Shown here: positions 9,328-21,100 of the stretch, piece by piece
Numbering within the stretch: the first letter of the stretch is position 1
Layout of the letters: every line of letters begins with the position of its first letter
Origin: Amoebidium appalachense
Taxonomy: Eukaryota; Protista; Ichthyosporea
Reading direction: 5' to 3'
DNA length: 64,000 nucleotides
Assembly (NCBI GenBank): GCA_963693365.1
Contig: CAVNZM010000003.1
Location: 6,517,448 to 6,581,447, forward strand
Translations under genes and position numbers: made by a program
Notes under the pieces: model-generated
The model's database searches: none
What the model was told of the DNA's origin: nothing
Seen by the model: the letters and a program-made list of their open reading frames with translations, nothing else

Positions 9328-11612
9328 TTGCTTATGCTAGTCGTTCATTTAGTAAAAGTGAACGTAGATATAGCAATCCGGAGAGAGAGTCCCATGCTAT
9401 CTTTTGGGCAGTCTCACAGGCATGGAGGTATATACTCGCAGGCAGGACGTTTGAGGTCTACACCGACCACAAGCCCTGCCTAGCCATGGCCGGCACCACT
9501 CGTCTGGTCAACGAGAGGATGCAGAAGTGGGCCGCGGCTCTCGGTGAGTTCTCCTATAAATTGTTTTATGCCAAGGGTGAAACAATGGTCGACTGTGATG
9601 TTCTCTCTCGTGCTGCTTATATTTTGTTTGAAGAAGAGAAGGAGGGGGAGGGGGGGGATAGTGAGAGAGGGGGGGGGGGGGAGGGGGGGGGGAAGGGGGG
9701 GGCGAGTGAGCAGAAAGGAATAGATGCTGTGTCTGTGGATGTGTCTTCTTGGGTTCCGGGGTTGCTTGCTTATAAGTGTAGGAGAGGGGGGGGGAGGTAT
9801 TTGTCGGTGTCTGAGGTCGGGACCGAGTCTCATGGCTCGGCCCCTGCCTTAGCACCTACGGCTTTGATCTTAGCTCAGGAGGAAGATGTGTTGATTGGTC
9901 TGGTTAAGAATTATTTAAAGGGGCCGGTTGATTCGATTAAATTTACAAATAAAAGGCAGATGATTAAGGTAGCTAAGTTAGCAAAAATGTGTCAGGTAGA
10001 GCAGGATTTAGTTTATCATTGTTCTGGGCCAGACGGACACCGAGTTTGGGTCCCGACGGCACTTGTGCCTGAGGTTTTGCATATGGTGCATGAGCATCCC
10101 ATGGCTGGTCATTTAGGTGTAAATAGGACGTTGCTTCGTGTTAATCGTTCGTATTTTTGGCCGGGTATGAGTAGGGAGGTGAGGGATTATGTGTTGTCAT
10201 GCATGCATTGTCAGGAAAGGAATGAGAGTCCCCACTCTCGTTCCCGCCCGTCGTTTATTAGGGATTTTAATGTTCGTATGTTTGAAAGGGTAGCAGTGGA
10301 TGTGGTCGGTCCTTTTAATTTTACGGTTGAGGGTAACACTGTTCTTGTTACCGTCACCGATGTGGCCACTCGTTGGGTTGAAGTTTTTCCTCTCCCCACT
10401 GCTAATGCCGTTTTGTTTGCTCGTATTTTTGTGGATGAAATTTGTCTTAGGTTTGGTTGTCCTCGTGTTTTGTTAACGGATAGGAGTCGTGTGTTTTTAA
10501 ATCAGTTGGTGTCGGAGGTGTGTAAAATTTTAAGGGTAGCTCATATCACTACGTCTGCATATCACCCTCAAGCAAATGCCATCTCTGAACGTGTGCATGC
10601 AGTGTTTCAGAAGTCCTTTGGCAAAATGGTGGATGTGGAGGCTAATGATTGGGATCATATGTCTAGGTTTATTGCTCATTCATATAATTCTACCCCTCAT
10701 GCTGTGACTGGTTTTTCTCCGTTTTATTTGGTCTATGGGCAGGAGGCTATTAGTTTGTTAGATACGGCACTTTTGCCGATGGGGGGGGCTGACCGACTAA
10801 CTTATCCCCACTGGACTGAGTTCCGGGAGCAGCTACTAACCCGGGCCCGGGCTGCACGTGATGCAGCTCTGGCCCGTACACAGCAGGCACAGGCACGTAC
10901 AGACGTGTCCACACGTCCGTTACGTGAATTTGCCGAGGGTACTTTAGTTTTAATTAGGGATCATACTAGGAAGAAGAGATATAAGCAGGAGCAGGAAGGT
11001 AAGGGTGAAGGTGAAGGTCTTCGTAAGTATGGTAAGAAATGGTTGCCTCTTTTTATCGGTCCGTATAAAATAGTGGCTAGGTTAGGTCCGACGGAATATA
11101 AGGTGCAGAGGTTAGATAATGAGAGTGATGTTAGATTTTATAATGTAGATGATATAAAGGAATATTATGATAGGGCCCTTAGGGTTAAACGGCCGGAGGG
11201 CCGTCGAGTGTTAGATGCATTCACCCCCGACTATGACGGGTCGGTGGATGTATCGGAGGCTGCAGTAGATAAAATTATGGATAAAAAGGTTATCGAAGGT
11301 AAGGAAGGTAAGGTAAATTATTATTTAATTCGTTTTGAGGGAGGTTATCAGGAAGATCAGTGGTTGCCTGAGTTTCATTTGGATTGCCCGTTTTCTATTC
11401 GTGCTTATGAGGCTAGATTAGTGCAGAGGGAGTTGCCTAGTGCTCCCTCTCGGCCAAAGAGAGTTATTCCTCAGTTTAATCGTGGTGTGAAAAAGTCGGT
11501 GGGGGAGGGGGCCGGGGGGGGAGTGATGCAAATACACGTAGACACACGGGGGGAGGGGGGAGGGAGGGGAGGGAGACCGAGGAGGAGTGTGAACGTAGTC
11601 GTAGGAATTTAA
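9246..11612 (+). CDS. pol: Gypsy pol part 3: RNase H, integrase (HHCC + DDE), chromodomain
   Basis: CDAS, YASRS, ERE, YTDHKP; H..MAGH..C..C; VAVD, LLTD, SER; GPY/F motif FIGPY; VDKIMDKK..YYLIRFEG..DQWLPE..L chromodomain. Confidence 0.92.
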   Translation: MFKVRCDASKVAEGAVLYQVQEGQDRVIAYASRSFSKSERRYSNPERESHAIFWAVSQAWRYILAGRTFEVYTDHKPCLAMAGTTRLVNERMQKWAAALGEFSYKLFYAKGETMVDCDVLSRAAYILFEEEKEGEGGDSERGGGGEGGGKGGASEQKGIDAVSVDVSSWVPGLLAYKCRRGGGRYLSVSEVGTESHGSAPALAPTALILAQEEDVLIGLVKNYLKGPVDSIKFTNKRQMIKVAKLAKMCQVEQDLVYHCSGPDGHRVWVPTALVPEVLHMVHEHPMAGHLGVNRTLLRVNRSYFWPGMSREVRDYVLSCMHCQERNESPHSRSRPSFIRDFNVRMFERVAVDVVGPFNFTVEGNTVLVTVTDVATRWVEVFPLPTANAVLFARIFVDEICLRFGCPRVLLTDRSRVFLNQLVSEVCKILRVAHITTSAYHPQANAISERVHAVFQKSFGKMVDVEANDWDHMSRFIAHSYNSTPHAVTGFSPFYLVYGQEAISLLDTALLPMGGADRLTYPHWTEFREQLLTRARAARDAALARTQQAQARTDVSTRPLREFAEGTLVLIRDHTRKKRYKQEQEGKGEGEGLRKYGKKWLPLFIGPYKIVARLGPTEYKVQRLDNESDVRFYNVDDIKEYYDRALRVKRPEGRRVLDAFTPDYDGSVDVSEAAVDKIMDKKVIEGKEGKVNYYLIRFEGGYQEDQWLPEFHLDCPFSIRAYEARLVQRELPSAPSRPKRVIPQFNRGVKKSVGEGAGGGVMQIHVDTRGEGGGRGGRPRRSVNVVVGI

Positions 11613-11779
11613 TTTATTATCATAGGTGTCTCCGTAGGTATCAAGCTTATGGTGTAGATTAATTTATTATTTTTCTTCGTAATTTATTTAATTTAATTTT
11701 TTTTTTAGGAGACTGATTAGTCTATGTCTTTTTAGGGGGTGTTAGATGTAATGTGACTGAGGTGGGACTCAGCTTTTCC

Positions 11780-11797
11780 GGGGGCCGGGGGGGGAGT
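11780..11797 (+). promoter_or_regulatory. Polypurine tract of the Gypsy element
   Basis: G-rich tract GGGGGCCGGGGGGGGAGT immediately before the 3' LTR TG. Confidence 0.75.
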
Positions 11798-12049
11798 TGA
11801 CATATACTAATCCGTCTCAGCAGATTAGCCTAAGTCTACGATCGAGATCGGGGGGGGGGGGGGGGGGGGGGGTGGCCCGGGTCCACAGATCATCAAGATC
11901 AAGTCCGGGGCCTCAAGATAGCTGTACAGCTGCGTGCATCTTGCCTCTGCCGGCGCAGGGCATTGGACCACGTCAGCCGGGACAGCCGTCCAATAGAATT
12001 CTAATTAGTGTGTAGGATAGATCGTAGGAGGACTTAGGAATGTCATTGT

Positions 12050-13849
12050 TGTTGGAGTGCAGACTTACGCTCACTCCACAATATGTGTATGTTAGCTTTA
12101 CAATTGGTTCCGTGTACACAGACACACGCTGACACTCGATCACCACATGCACATCTGCATAGTTGAGGAATGTTGCCAATTGTGTTTTGACTGCAAACGA
12201 TTGGTTCACTGGTCCCAGAGATCTCTAAATGAAAGTAACCAATCCGATTAGCACCTGGCATCCGGATTACATTCCAGACTGCTGCCCCACGGGTATATAA
12301 GCCACGTCTCTGCCAGGTGCAGACATGGAGTTCAGACATGGAGTTCAGTCATGGAGTTAAGTCATGGAGTTAAGTCATGGAGTTCAGTCATGGAGTTAAC
12401 ACACTGAAAGCAGTAAAAAACGGGTCAGCGCCCAAGCGCGCCACGACGACCCTAGTCACAGCGGACTCTACTTCCAACAGGGTTATGGGCCCAGACACGA
12501 CACCGCGGCCTCTAACTTCCCCCGCGGGGCATTAGAGACTTTCGCTTCCACAAACTCCATCCGCAGCAGCCTGCGACATCAACGTCAAGTATTCCACTTC
12601 ATTGGCGGGGCACGCACCACAGTGGAATGCACACCCCGGTCTACCCTGCAAGCAGCCACACTCACTCTCTCTTCTCTAGTGGTGTGTACACTTCTCCAAT
12701 TGGGTAGGGGTGTTGGAGTGCAGACTTACGCTCACTCCACTATATGTGTATGTTAGCTTTACAATTGGTTCCGTGTACATAGACACATGCTGACACTCGA
12801 TCACCACATGCACATCTGCATAGTTGAGGAATGTTGCCAATTGTGTTTTGACTGCAAACGATTGGTTCACTGGTCCCAGAGATATCTAAATGAAAGTAAC
12901 CAATCCGATTAGCGCCTGGCATCCGGATTACATTCCAGACTGCTGCCCCACGGGTATATAAGCCACGTCTCTGCCAGGTGCAGACATGGAGTTAAGTCAT
13001 GGAGTTAAGTCATGGAGTTCAGTCATGGAGTTAACACACTGAAAGCAGTAAAAAACGGGTCAGCGCCCAAGCGCGCCACGACGACCCTAGTCACAGCGGA
13101 CTCTACTTCCAACAGGGTTATGGGCCCAGACACGACACCGCGGCCTCTAACTTCACGTCCCCTACGACGCCTTGAACGGAGGAGCCCAGAAACCGACTTC
13201 TAGGCTGTACCCTACACCCGCGAGCGTATTTCCGTGAAGTAGAGACTTTCGCTTCCACAAACTCCATCCGCAGCAGCCTGCGACATCAACGTCAAGTATT
13301 CCACTTCATTGGCGGGGCACGCACCACAGTGGAATGCACACCCCGGTCTACCCTGCAAGCAGCCACACTCACTCTCTCTTCTCTACAGTGGTGTGTACAC
13401 TTCTCCAATTGGGTAGGGGTGTTGGAGTGCAGACTTACGCTCACTCCACAATATGTGTATGTTAGCTTTACAATTGGTTCCGTGTACACAGACACACGCT
13501 GACACTCGATCACCACATGCACATCTGCATAGTTGAGGAATGTTGCCAATTGTGTTTTGACTGCAAACGATTGGTTCACTGGTCCCAGAGATCTCTAAAT
13601 GAAAGTAACCAATCCGATTAGCACCTGGCATCCGGATTACATTCCAGACTGCTGCCCCACGGGTATATAAGCCACGTCTCTGCCAGGTGCAGACATGGAG
13701 TTCAGACATGGAGTTCAGTCATGGAGTTAAGTCATGGAGTTAAGTCATGGAGTTCAGTCATGGAGTTAACACACTGAAAGCAGTAAAAAACGGGTCAGCG
13801 CCCAAGCGCGCCACGACGACCCTAGTCACAGCGGACTCTACTTCCAACA
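12050..13849 (+). mobile_element. Tandem TRIM (non-autonomous Copia-type LTR element): LTR-int-LTR-int-LTR
   Basis: Three TGTTGGA...TCCAACA LTRs (12050-12479, 12711-13114, 13420-13849) and two noncoding internals of 231 and 305 bp. Each internal starts with PBS GGGTTATGGGCCCAG and ends with PPT GGGTAGGGG. ATTGT TSD. Confidence 0.93.
12480..12494 (+). promoter_or_regulatory. Primer binding site complementary to the anticodon arm of initiator tRNA-Met (second copy at 13115-13129)
   Basis: GGGTTATGGGCCCAG is the reverse complement of tRNAiMet CTGGGCCCATAACCC, the half-tRNA priming mode known for Drosophila copia and yeast Ty5. Confidence 0.85.
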
Positions 13850-14324
13850 ATTGTTCGGGCAGAAGCCCTTTTGTAAGGATTGGCAAGGTTTGATAGTATA
13901 TGTTGCCAAACGTATTTATATATTTAGATGTAGAGGAAAGGGGGGGAGGGAGGGGGGGGGAGGATAGTATGAAATGTAGATTTAGACTCTGCGGTGCCAC
14001 TAGGGGGAGGGTGAGGGGTGAGACTTGGATAAATATATTAGTTGAGTAGATCGACTTAGCTCGTGCAGGCGCACGATAAAAGTAGATCGGAATGTTAATG
14101 GAATGTGGCATCGTAGGGGGCCAGGTGATGATGATCTTGTAGGGCACGGCCTTGATGGCCTCAGTCGTAACTTAGACTCAATCCGTACGGATCTAAGTTT
14201 GCCCGTCGGAGCCTGGTCTTAATAAACTTTACCGTTTTTCTGTACACGTTCGTTCCTTTTCGTGTGTGTACACTTAGTAGAGTGCCGCGTCTCTAGTACA
14301 CATACATTAGGATACGACACCACC

Positions 14325-15101
14325 CGGGAGGGTAGAGCCGGCAGGGCCCCAGAGGTGAATAAGTGTAGGGTCACAGGGCACCACTTCATCACCATGCCCA
14401 TCCCCGTAAGCCACACGGACTACCCATACCTCCGGGACCACCCGGAGGGAATACTTCTGTCGTTTAATACCGGGGCACCAAGCCCCCGCGAATACACAGT
14501 ACGTGCCCGCCTCACCACCGTGGACAGGGCGACCGTGCTCCTCGACCACCCACGGCTAGGGCAGAGCACACATCCCACAGACAACACACCACCACTCGAG
14601 GCCCCAGACGAAGACGACCAATCATTGGCCTCCGCGCCGTCGCACCAGCCCTACCAGGCCCCGTCCCCACCTCCGCCGGTGTCGCCCACAGGGGACCCCG
14701 TGGCGGACCTGACGGCTCGAGTAAACCGGCTCGAACTACAGTTGGCCAGCCAGGGGGCCACCATACACAACGTGCACCGTGAGGTGCAGGATACGACTGC
14801 CCAGCTGAGGGGTATGGAGCAGTCGATGGTTAGCATGCTCGAACGGCTAGGGGACCGCCTTGCCCTCACACTGGAAGCCCGTTTGGGCGGGGCTAGGGGG
14901 GGGGGGAGGGGGGAGGGGGGGAGAGCACTCTACCCCAGAGACCCGAGACCCCCAAGCCACCGAGCCATTGAGGCCCACAGAGGCACAACACCCCAACAGC
15001 GGCGCCCCCCCCCAACCAAGGCGGGGGCCCCCAGGGGCCCCCTCACAACGCCAACCCACACAGCCCACACGCCCATCCACACCACACAGGTCCTCGGTTA
15101 A
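14325..15101 (+). pseudogene. LINE ORF1, part 3 (with coiled coil)
   Basis: GAT|REGRAG joins in frame across the Gypsy TSD; heptad segment VADLTARVNRLELQLASQ..LEARL. The reassembled ORF1 is 2256 nt (751 aa + stop). Confidence 0.8.
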
Positions 15102-15161
15102 CTCGACACGGGGAACTGACCAAGGTGCCCGTCCCCCATCGCATGGGGACGGGCAGGCATA

Positions 15162-18100
15162 ATGCCGGCCCCATCCCCCCCGCCCGGACACCCGGCGCCG
15201 GCAAAGGGGGTAGCGCCCGACACCACACAAACACTCGGCACGGCGCAAAGTCCGGGTCCAGAGGCCACAGACATGATCCACCAGAACACAGCCCTGGAAG
15301 CACTTGAAGGGGAGCTAGTCTCGCCCATCAACCACGCAAATTTACCACCAGCCAAACCACACAGCCACCTTCGGATTGGAACTTTAAACCTGGCCGGACC
15401 TACCACTCGTACCGGCCAGGACAAGATCGTCGAGGCAGCCAGGTGGGCTGCCTTTGCAGACATGGACGTAGTCATTCTGACGGAGACCGGGACCACCCCG
15501 GGCTCCTTCACACGCACAAAGTTTTCCATTCGAAACGAAGGTATCCCCATGCGTGCCACGTATGTATGCCCACCAGCCACCACCACTGGACACACACACA
15601 CAACACTCTCTGCCTCAGAGGCCGGTATCCCGGTGGCAGAGAGCTCGTCCAATGACCAAACCACACCGTCACTAGCCCAGGAGGAAACACGATTCCGCTA
15701 CACGGGGGTGGTGATACTTACAAACGAAACGTGGTTTAGACACCAAGGAAAACCACATAGCAAAAATGCACGAATGCTAGCTATTCCATATCACACAAAA
15801 CGGCACACAACGTGGGTGATAGGACTTTATCAACACACGAATGCAACACAGGGAAACGTCAGACAGGCCCGTCGACTCACCTCACAGGTAGCCAGATTTC
15901 TCACCTCCCTCCCGGCCCCCAACGACACCACTGTCATCGTGGCCGGGGATTTCAACGAGGTGTGCCACCCTACTCTGGACAGGGCACGGCCCGAAACCGG
16001 CCCCAGTTCAGCACAGGCAATGCCCACAGGACTCGTGCCCGGGCTGCTCCACGAGCTGATGGACGCCCATCTACTCATAGACAGCTACCGAGCCGAACAC
16101 CCCACCACCAGGGAATATACGTACCACAGCGGTCCCCACCGCTCACGCATCGACTACGTATACATCCCGGCGGCGTTACGCCCAGCACTGGTCTCAGCCT
16201 CCGTCACGGAATTACCGGATCTTCACACCGACCACCACCTGGCCTGGTGCGAAACTGGGCCCCATCCTAACCTGCCGGGCCAGGGACCAGGGCCAACCCG
16301 AAACCAACCCACACCGAGACTCCAGCTGAAACCGAACACCACACAGGAGGACTGGGCACGTTTTACCACCGGCACGGAGGCAGCCTTCACGTCCCCCCCA
16401 ACCACCACCCCTACCCAGGCGGAGGTGGAAGGGAGATGGGAGTACATGGCCGCCACCATTCTCTCGGTGGCAAAAACCACAGTGGGCCGGACCAAGAGCA
16501 AACCAGAGAAGTCCACGTCAAAACCGACGAAGGTCTTCCCGGAGGACAACGAGCACGCGGAGCTACACCGGCTCCTCAATGCAACGGACCGGGCGGCAAA
16601 TCCACAGGGTTTCTGGGAGAGGGCCAAGGAGCTGGCCGTCCAATATGGCTGGCCAGCACCCCCTCCCCCTCCGGAGCCCCCCCCACCGGTACCCCCAACA
16701 AGCAGTCCCATCATCCCACTGTACACAGCCGACCCCAACAACCCCCCGGGCATCCCCCCCACCCCCCAGGACACCCCCCTCCCCCCCCAGGCACACCCGT
16801 CCCAGACGGGGTGGTATCAGGAGGAGGGGGACCCCGGATCCACCCAGCAGCACCAACCCACACCCACTTTGCTGCACCAGCCTGCCGCTGGCCCAGCAGG
16901 CAGCCCCAACAGGCAGGCCCAGCATGGGCCACCCAGTCGACAGCACCAACAGGAGCCACCAAGCCAGCAGCAGCAGCCTCAGGCTGAAGCCCCTACCGGC
17001 AGCCCACAACGGCAGCCACAGCAGGGGCCACCCAGCCCTGGCAGGCCCTGCATGGGCCACCTAGCCAGCAGCAACCGATCACACCTACACTGCAGCAGCT
17101 GCCTGCAGCAGCAGATTGCAGCCCCGGCCGGCCGGCCCAGCACGGGCCACCCAGCCGACAGCACCAACAGGAGCCACCAAGCCAGCAGCAGCAGCCGCAG
17201 GCTGCAGCCCCAGCAGGCAGCCCACACCGGCAGCCACAGCAGGGGCCACCCAGCCTGCAGGCCCTGCCAGGGCCACCCAGCCAGCAACAACCGACCACAA
17301 CCACACTGCAGCAGCCGCCTGCAGCAGCAGCGTGCAGCCCCGGCCGGCAGGCCCAGCACGGGCCACCCAACCAACAGGAGCCACCCAGCCAGCAGCAGCA
17401 GCCTCAGGCTGAAGCCCCAGCAGGCAGCCCACACCGGCAGCCACAGCAGGGGCCACCCAGCCTGCAGGCCCTGCCAGGGTCACCCAGCCAGCAGCAACCG
17501 ACCACACCCACAATGCAGCGGCGGCCTACAGTAGCAGATTGCAGCTCCGGCCGGCCGGCCCAACACGAGCCACCCAGCCGACAGCACAAACAGGAGCCAC
17601 CAAGCCAGCAGCAGCAGCCAAAGGCTGCAGCCCCAGCAGGCAGCCCACACCGGCAGTCACAGCAGGGGCCACCCACTCTGCAGGCCCCGCCTGGGCCACC
17701 CAGCCAGCAGCAACCGACCACACCCACACTGCACCAGCTGCCTGCGGCAGCAGATTGCAGCCCCGGCCGGACGGCCCAGCACGGGCCACCCAGCCGACAG
17801 CACGAACAGGAGCCACCAAGCCAGCAGCAGCAGCCGCAGGCTGCAGACCCTGCCGGCAGCCCACACCGGCAGCCACAGCAGGGGCCACCCAGCCTGCAGG
17901 CCCTGCCAGAGCCACCCAACCAGCAGCAACCGACCCCACCCACACTGCAGCAGCTGCCTGCAGCAGCAGTTTGCAGCCCCGGCCGGCCGGCCCAGCACGG
18001 CCCACCCAGCCGACAGTACCAACAGGAGCCACCACGCCAGCAGCAGGAGCCTCAGGTTGCAGCCCTAGCAGGCAGCCCACACCGGCAGCCACCGCAGGGG

Positions 18101-21100
18101 CCACCCAGCCTGCAGGGCCTGCATGGGCCACCCGGCCAGCAGCAACAAACCACACCCACCCGGCAGCAACTGCCTGCAGCAGCAGATTGCAGCCCCACCC
18201 AGCAGCACCAACCCACACCCACTTTGCTGCATCGGCCTGCCGCTGCCCCAGCAGACAGCCCCGGCCGGCAGGACCAGCATGGGCCACCCAGTCGCCAGCA
18301 CCAACAGGAGCCACCAAGCCAGCAACAGCAGCCTCAGGCTGCAGCCCCCGCCAGCAGCCCACAACAGGGGCCACCCATCCTGAAGGCCCTGCATGGGCCA
18401 CCCAGCCAGCAGCAACCGATCACATCTACACTGCAGCAGCTGCCTGCAGCAGCAGATTGCAGCCCCGGCCGGCCGGCCCAGCACGGGCCACCCAGCCGAC
18501 AGTACAAACAGGAGCCACCAAGCCAGCAGCAGCCGCCGCAGGCTGTAGCCCCAGCAGGCAGCCCTCACCGGCAGCCACAGCAGGGGCCACCCAGCCTGCA
18601 GGCCCTGCCAGGGCCACCCAGCCAGCACCAACCGACCACACCTACACTGCGGCAGCTGCCTGCAGCGGCGGCGTGCAGCCCCGGCTGGCCGGCCCAGCAC
18701 GGGCCACCCAGCCGACAGCACCAACAGGAGCCACCCCGCCAGCAACAGCAGCCTCAGGCTGCAGACCCAGCAGGCAGCCCACACCTGCAGCCACAGCAGG
18801 GGCCACCCAGCCTGCAGGCCCTGCCAGACCAACCCAGCCAGCAGCAACCGACCACACCCACACGGCAGCAGCAGCAGGTAGCAGACTGCAACCCCAGCCG
18901 GCAGGCCCAGGACGGGCCATCCAGCCGACAGCACCGACAGGAGCCGCCAAACCAGCAGCAGCAGCCTCAGGCGGCAGCCCCAGCAGGCAGCCCACACCGG
19001 CAGCCTCAGCAGGGGCCACCCAGCCTGCAGGCCATGCCAGGGCCACCCAGCCAGCAACAACCGACCACACCCACACTGCAGCAGCCGCCTGCAGCAGCAG
19101 CGTGCAGCCCCGGCCGGCAGGCCCAGCACGGGCCACCCAACCAACAGGAGCCACCCAGCCAGCAGCAGCAGCCTCAGGCTGTAGCCCCAGCAGGCAGCCC
19201 ACACCGGCAGCCACAGCAGGGGCCACCCAGCCTGCAGGCCCTGCCAGGGTCACCCAGCCAGCAGCAACCGACCACACCCACAATGCAGCGGCGGCCTACA
19301 GTAGCAGATTGCAGCCCCGGCCGGCCGGCCCAGCACGGGCCACCCAGCCGACAGTACCAACAGGAGCCACCAAGCCAGCAGCAGCCGCCGCAGGCTGTAG
19401 CCCCAGCAGGCAGCCCTCACCGGCAGCCACAGCAGGGGCCACCCAGCCTGCAGGCCCTGCCAGGGCCACCCAGCCAGCACCAACCGACCACACCTACACT
19501 GCAGCAGCTGCCTGCAGCGGCGGCGTGCAGCCCCAGCCGGCCGGCCCAGCACGGGCCACCCAGCCGACAGCACCAACAGGAGCCACCCCGCCAGCAACAG
19601 CAGCCTCAGGCTGCAGACCCAGCAGGCAGCCCACACCTGCAGCCACAGCAGGGGCCACCCAGCCTGCAGGCCCTGCCAGAACAACCCAGCCAGCAGCAAC
19701 CGACCACACCCACACGGCAGCAGCAGCAGGTAGCAGACTGCAGCCCCAGCCGGCAGGCCCAAGACGGGCCATCCAGCCGACAGCACCGACAGGAGCCGCC
19801 AAACCAGCAGCAGCAGCCTCAGGCGGCAGCCCCAGCAGGCAGCCCACACCGGCAGCCTCAGCAGGGGCCACCCAGCCTGCAGGCCCTGCCAGGGCCACCC
19901 AGCCAGCAACAACCGACCACACCCACACTGCAGCAGCCGCCTGCAGCAGCAGCGTGCAGCCCCGGCCGGCAGGCCCAGCACGGGCCACCCAACCAACAGG
20001 AGCCACCCAGCCAGCAGCAGCAGCCTCAGGCTGTAGCCCCAGCAGGCAGCCCACACCTGCAGCCACAGCAGGGGCCACCCAGCCTGCAGGCCCTGCCAGA
20101 ACAACCCAGCCAGCAGCAACCGACCACACCCACACGGCAGCAGCAGCAGGTAGCAGACTGCAACCCCAGCCGGCAGGCCCAGGACGGGCCATCCAGCCGA
20201 CAGCACCGACAGGAGCCGCCAAACCAGCAGCAGCAGCCTCAGGCGGCAGCCCACACCGGCAGCCTCAGCAGGGGCCACCCAGCCTGCAGGCCCTGCCAGG
20301 GCCACCTGGCCGGCAACAACCGACCACACCCACACTGCAGCAGCTGCCTGCAGAAGCGGAGGGTAACCCTGGCCGGCAGGCCCAGCACGGGTCACCCAGC
20401 CGACAGCACCAGCAGGAGGCACCCAGCTGGCAGCAGCAGATTCAGGCTGTAGTCCCAACAAGCAGCCCACAACGGCAGCCACAGCAGGGGCCACCCAGCC
20501 TGCAGGCCCTGCCAGGGCCACCCAACCAGCAACAACCGACCACACCCACACCGCAGCAGCCGCCTGCAGCAGCGACGGGCAGCTCCGGCCGGCAGGCCCA
20601 GCACGGGCCACCCAGCCGACAGCACCAACAGGAGCCACCCAGTCAGCAGCAGCAGCCTCAGGCTGCAGCCTCAGCGGGCAGCCCACACCGGCAGCCACAG
20701 CAAGGGCCACCCAGCCTGCAGGCCCTGCCAGGGTCACCCAGCCAGCAGCAAACGACCACACCCACACTGCAGTGGCTGCCTGCAGCAGCAGATTGCAGCC
20801 CCGGCCGGCCGGCCCAGCGCGGGCCACCCAGCCGACGGCACAAACAGGAGCCACCAAGCGAGCAGCAGCAGCCACAGGCTGCAGCCCCAGCAGGCAGCCC
20901 ACACCGGCAGTCACAGCAGGGGCCACCCAGCCTGCAGGCCCCGCCAAGGCCACCCAGCCAGCAGCAACCGACCACACCCCCACTGCACCAGCTGCCGCAT
21001 GATCGCAGCCCCGGCCGGCCGGCCCAGCACGGGCCACCCAGCCGACAGCACGAACAGGAGCCTCCAAGCCAGCAGCAGCAGCCTCAGGCTGCAGCCCCAG

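Larger units (their letters stand above)
4151..14319 (+). mobile_element. Full-length Ty3/Gypsy LTR retrotransposon, chromovirus type
   Basis: TG...CA LTRs (4151-4869; 11798-14319, interrupted), CCACC TSD at 4146-4150 and 14320-14324, gag-PR-RT-RH-IN order, C-terminal chromodomain, and a PPT before the 3' LTR. Confidence 0.95.
11798..14319 (+). repeat. Gypsy 3' LTR, split by the TRIM insertion
   Basis: Matches the 5' LTR on both sides of 12050-13849; ATTGT is duplicated at 12045-12049 and 13850-13854. Confidence 0.95.

Noticed and set aside
12050-13849. CRISPR-like or simple tandem-duplication reading of the repeats
   Set aside because: No unique spacers; LTR termini, PBS, PPT and TSD explain it as a TRIM.
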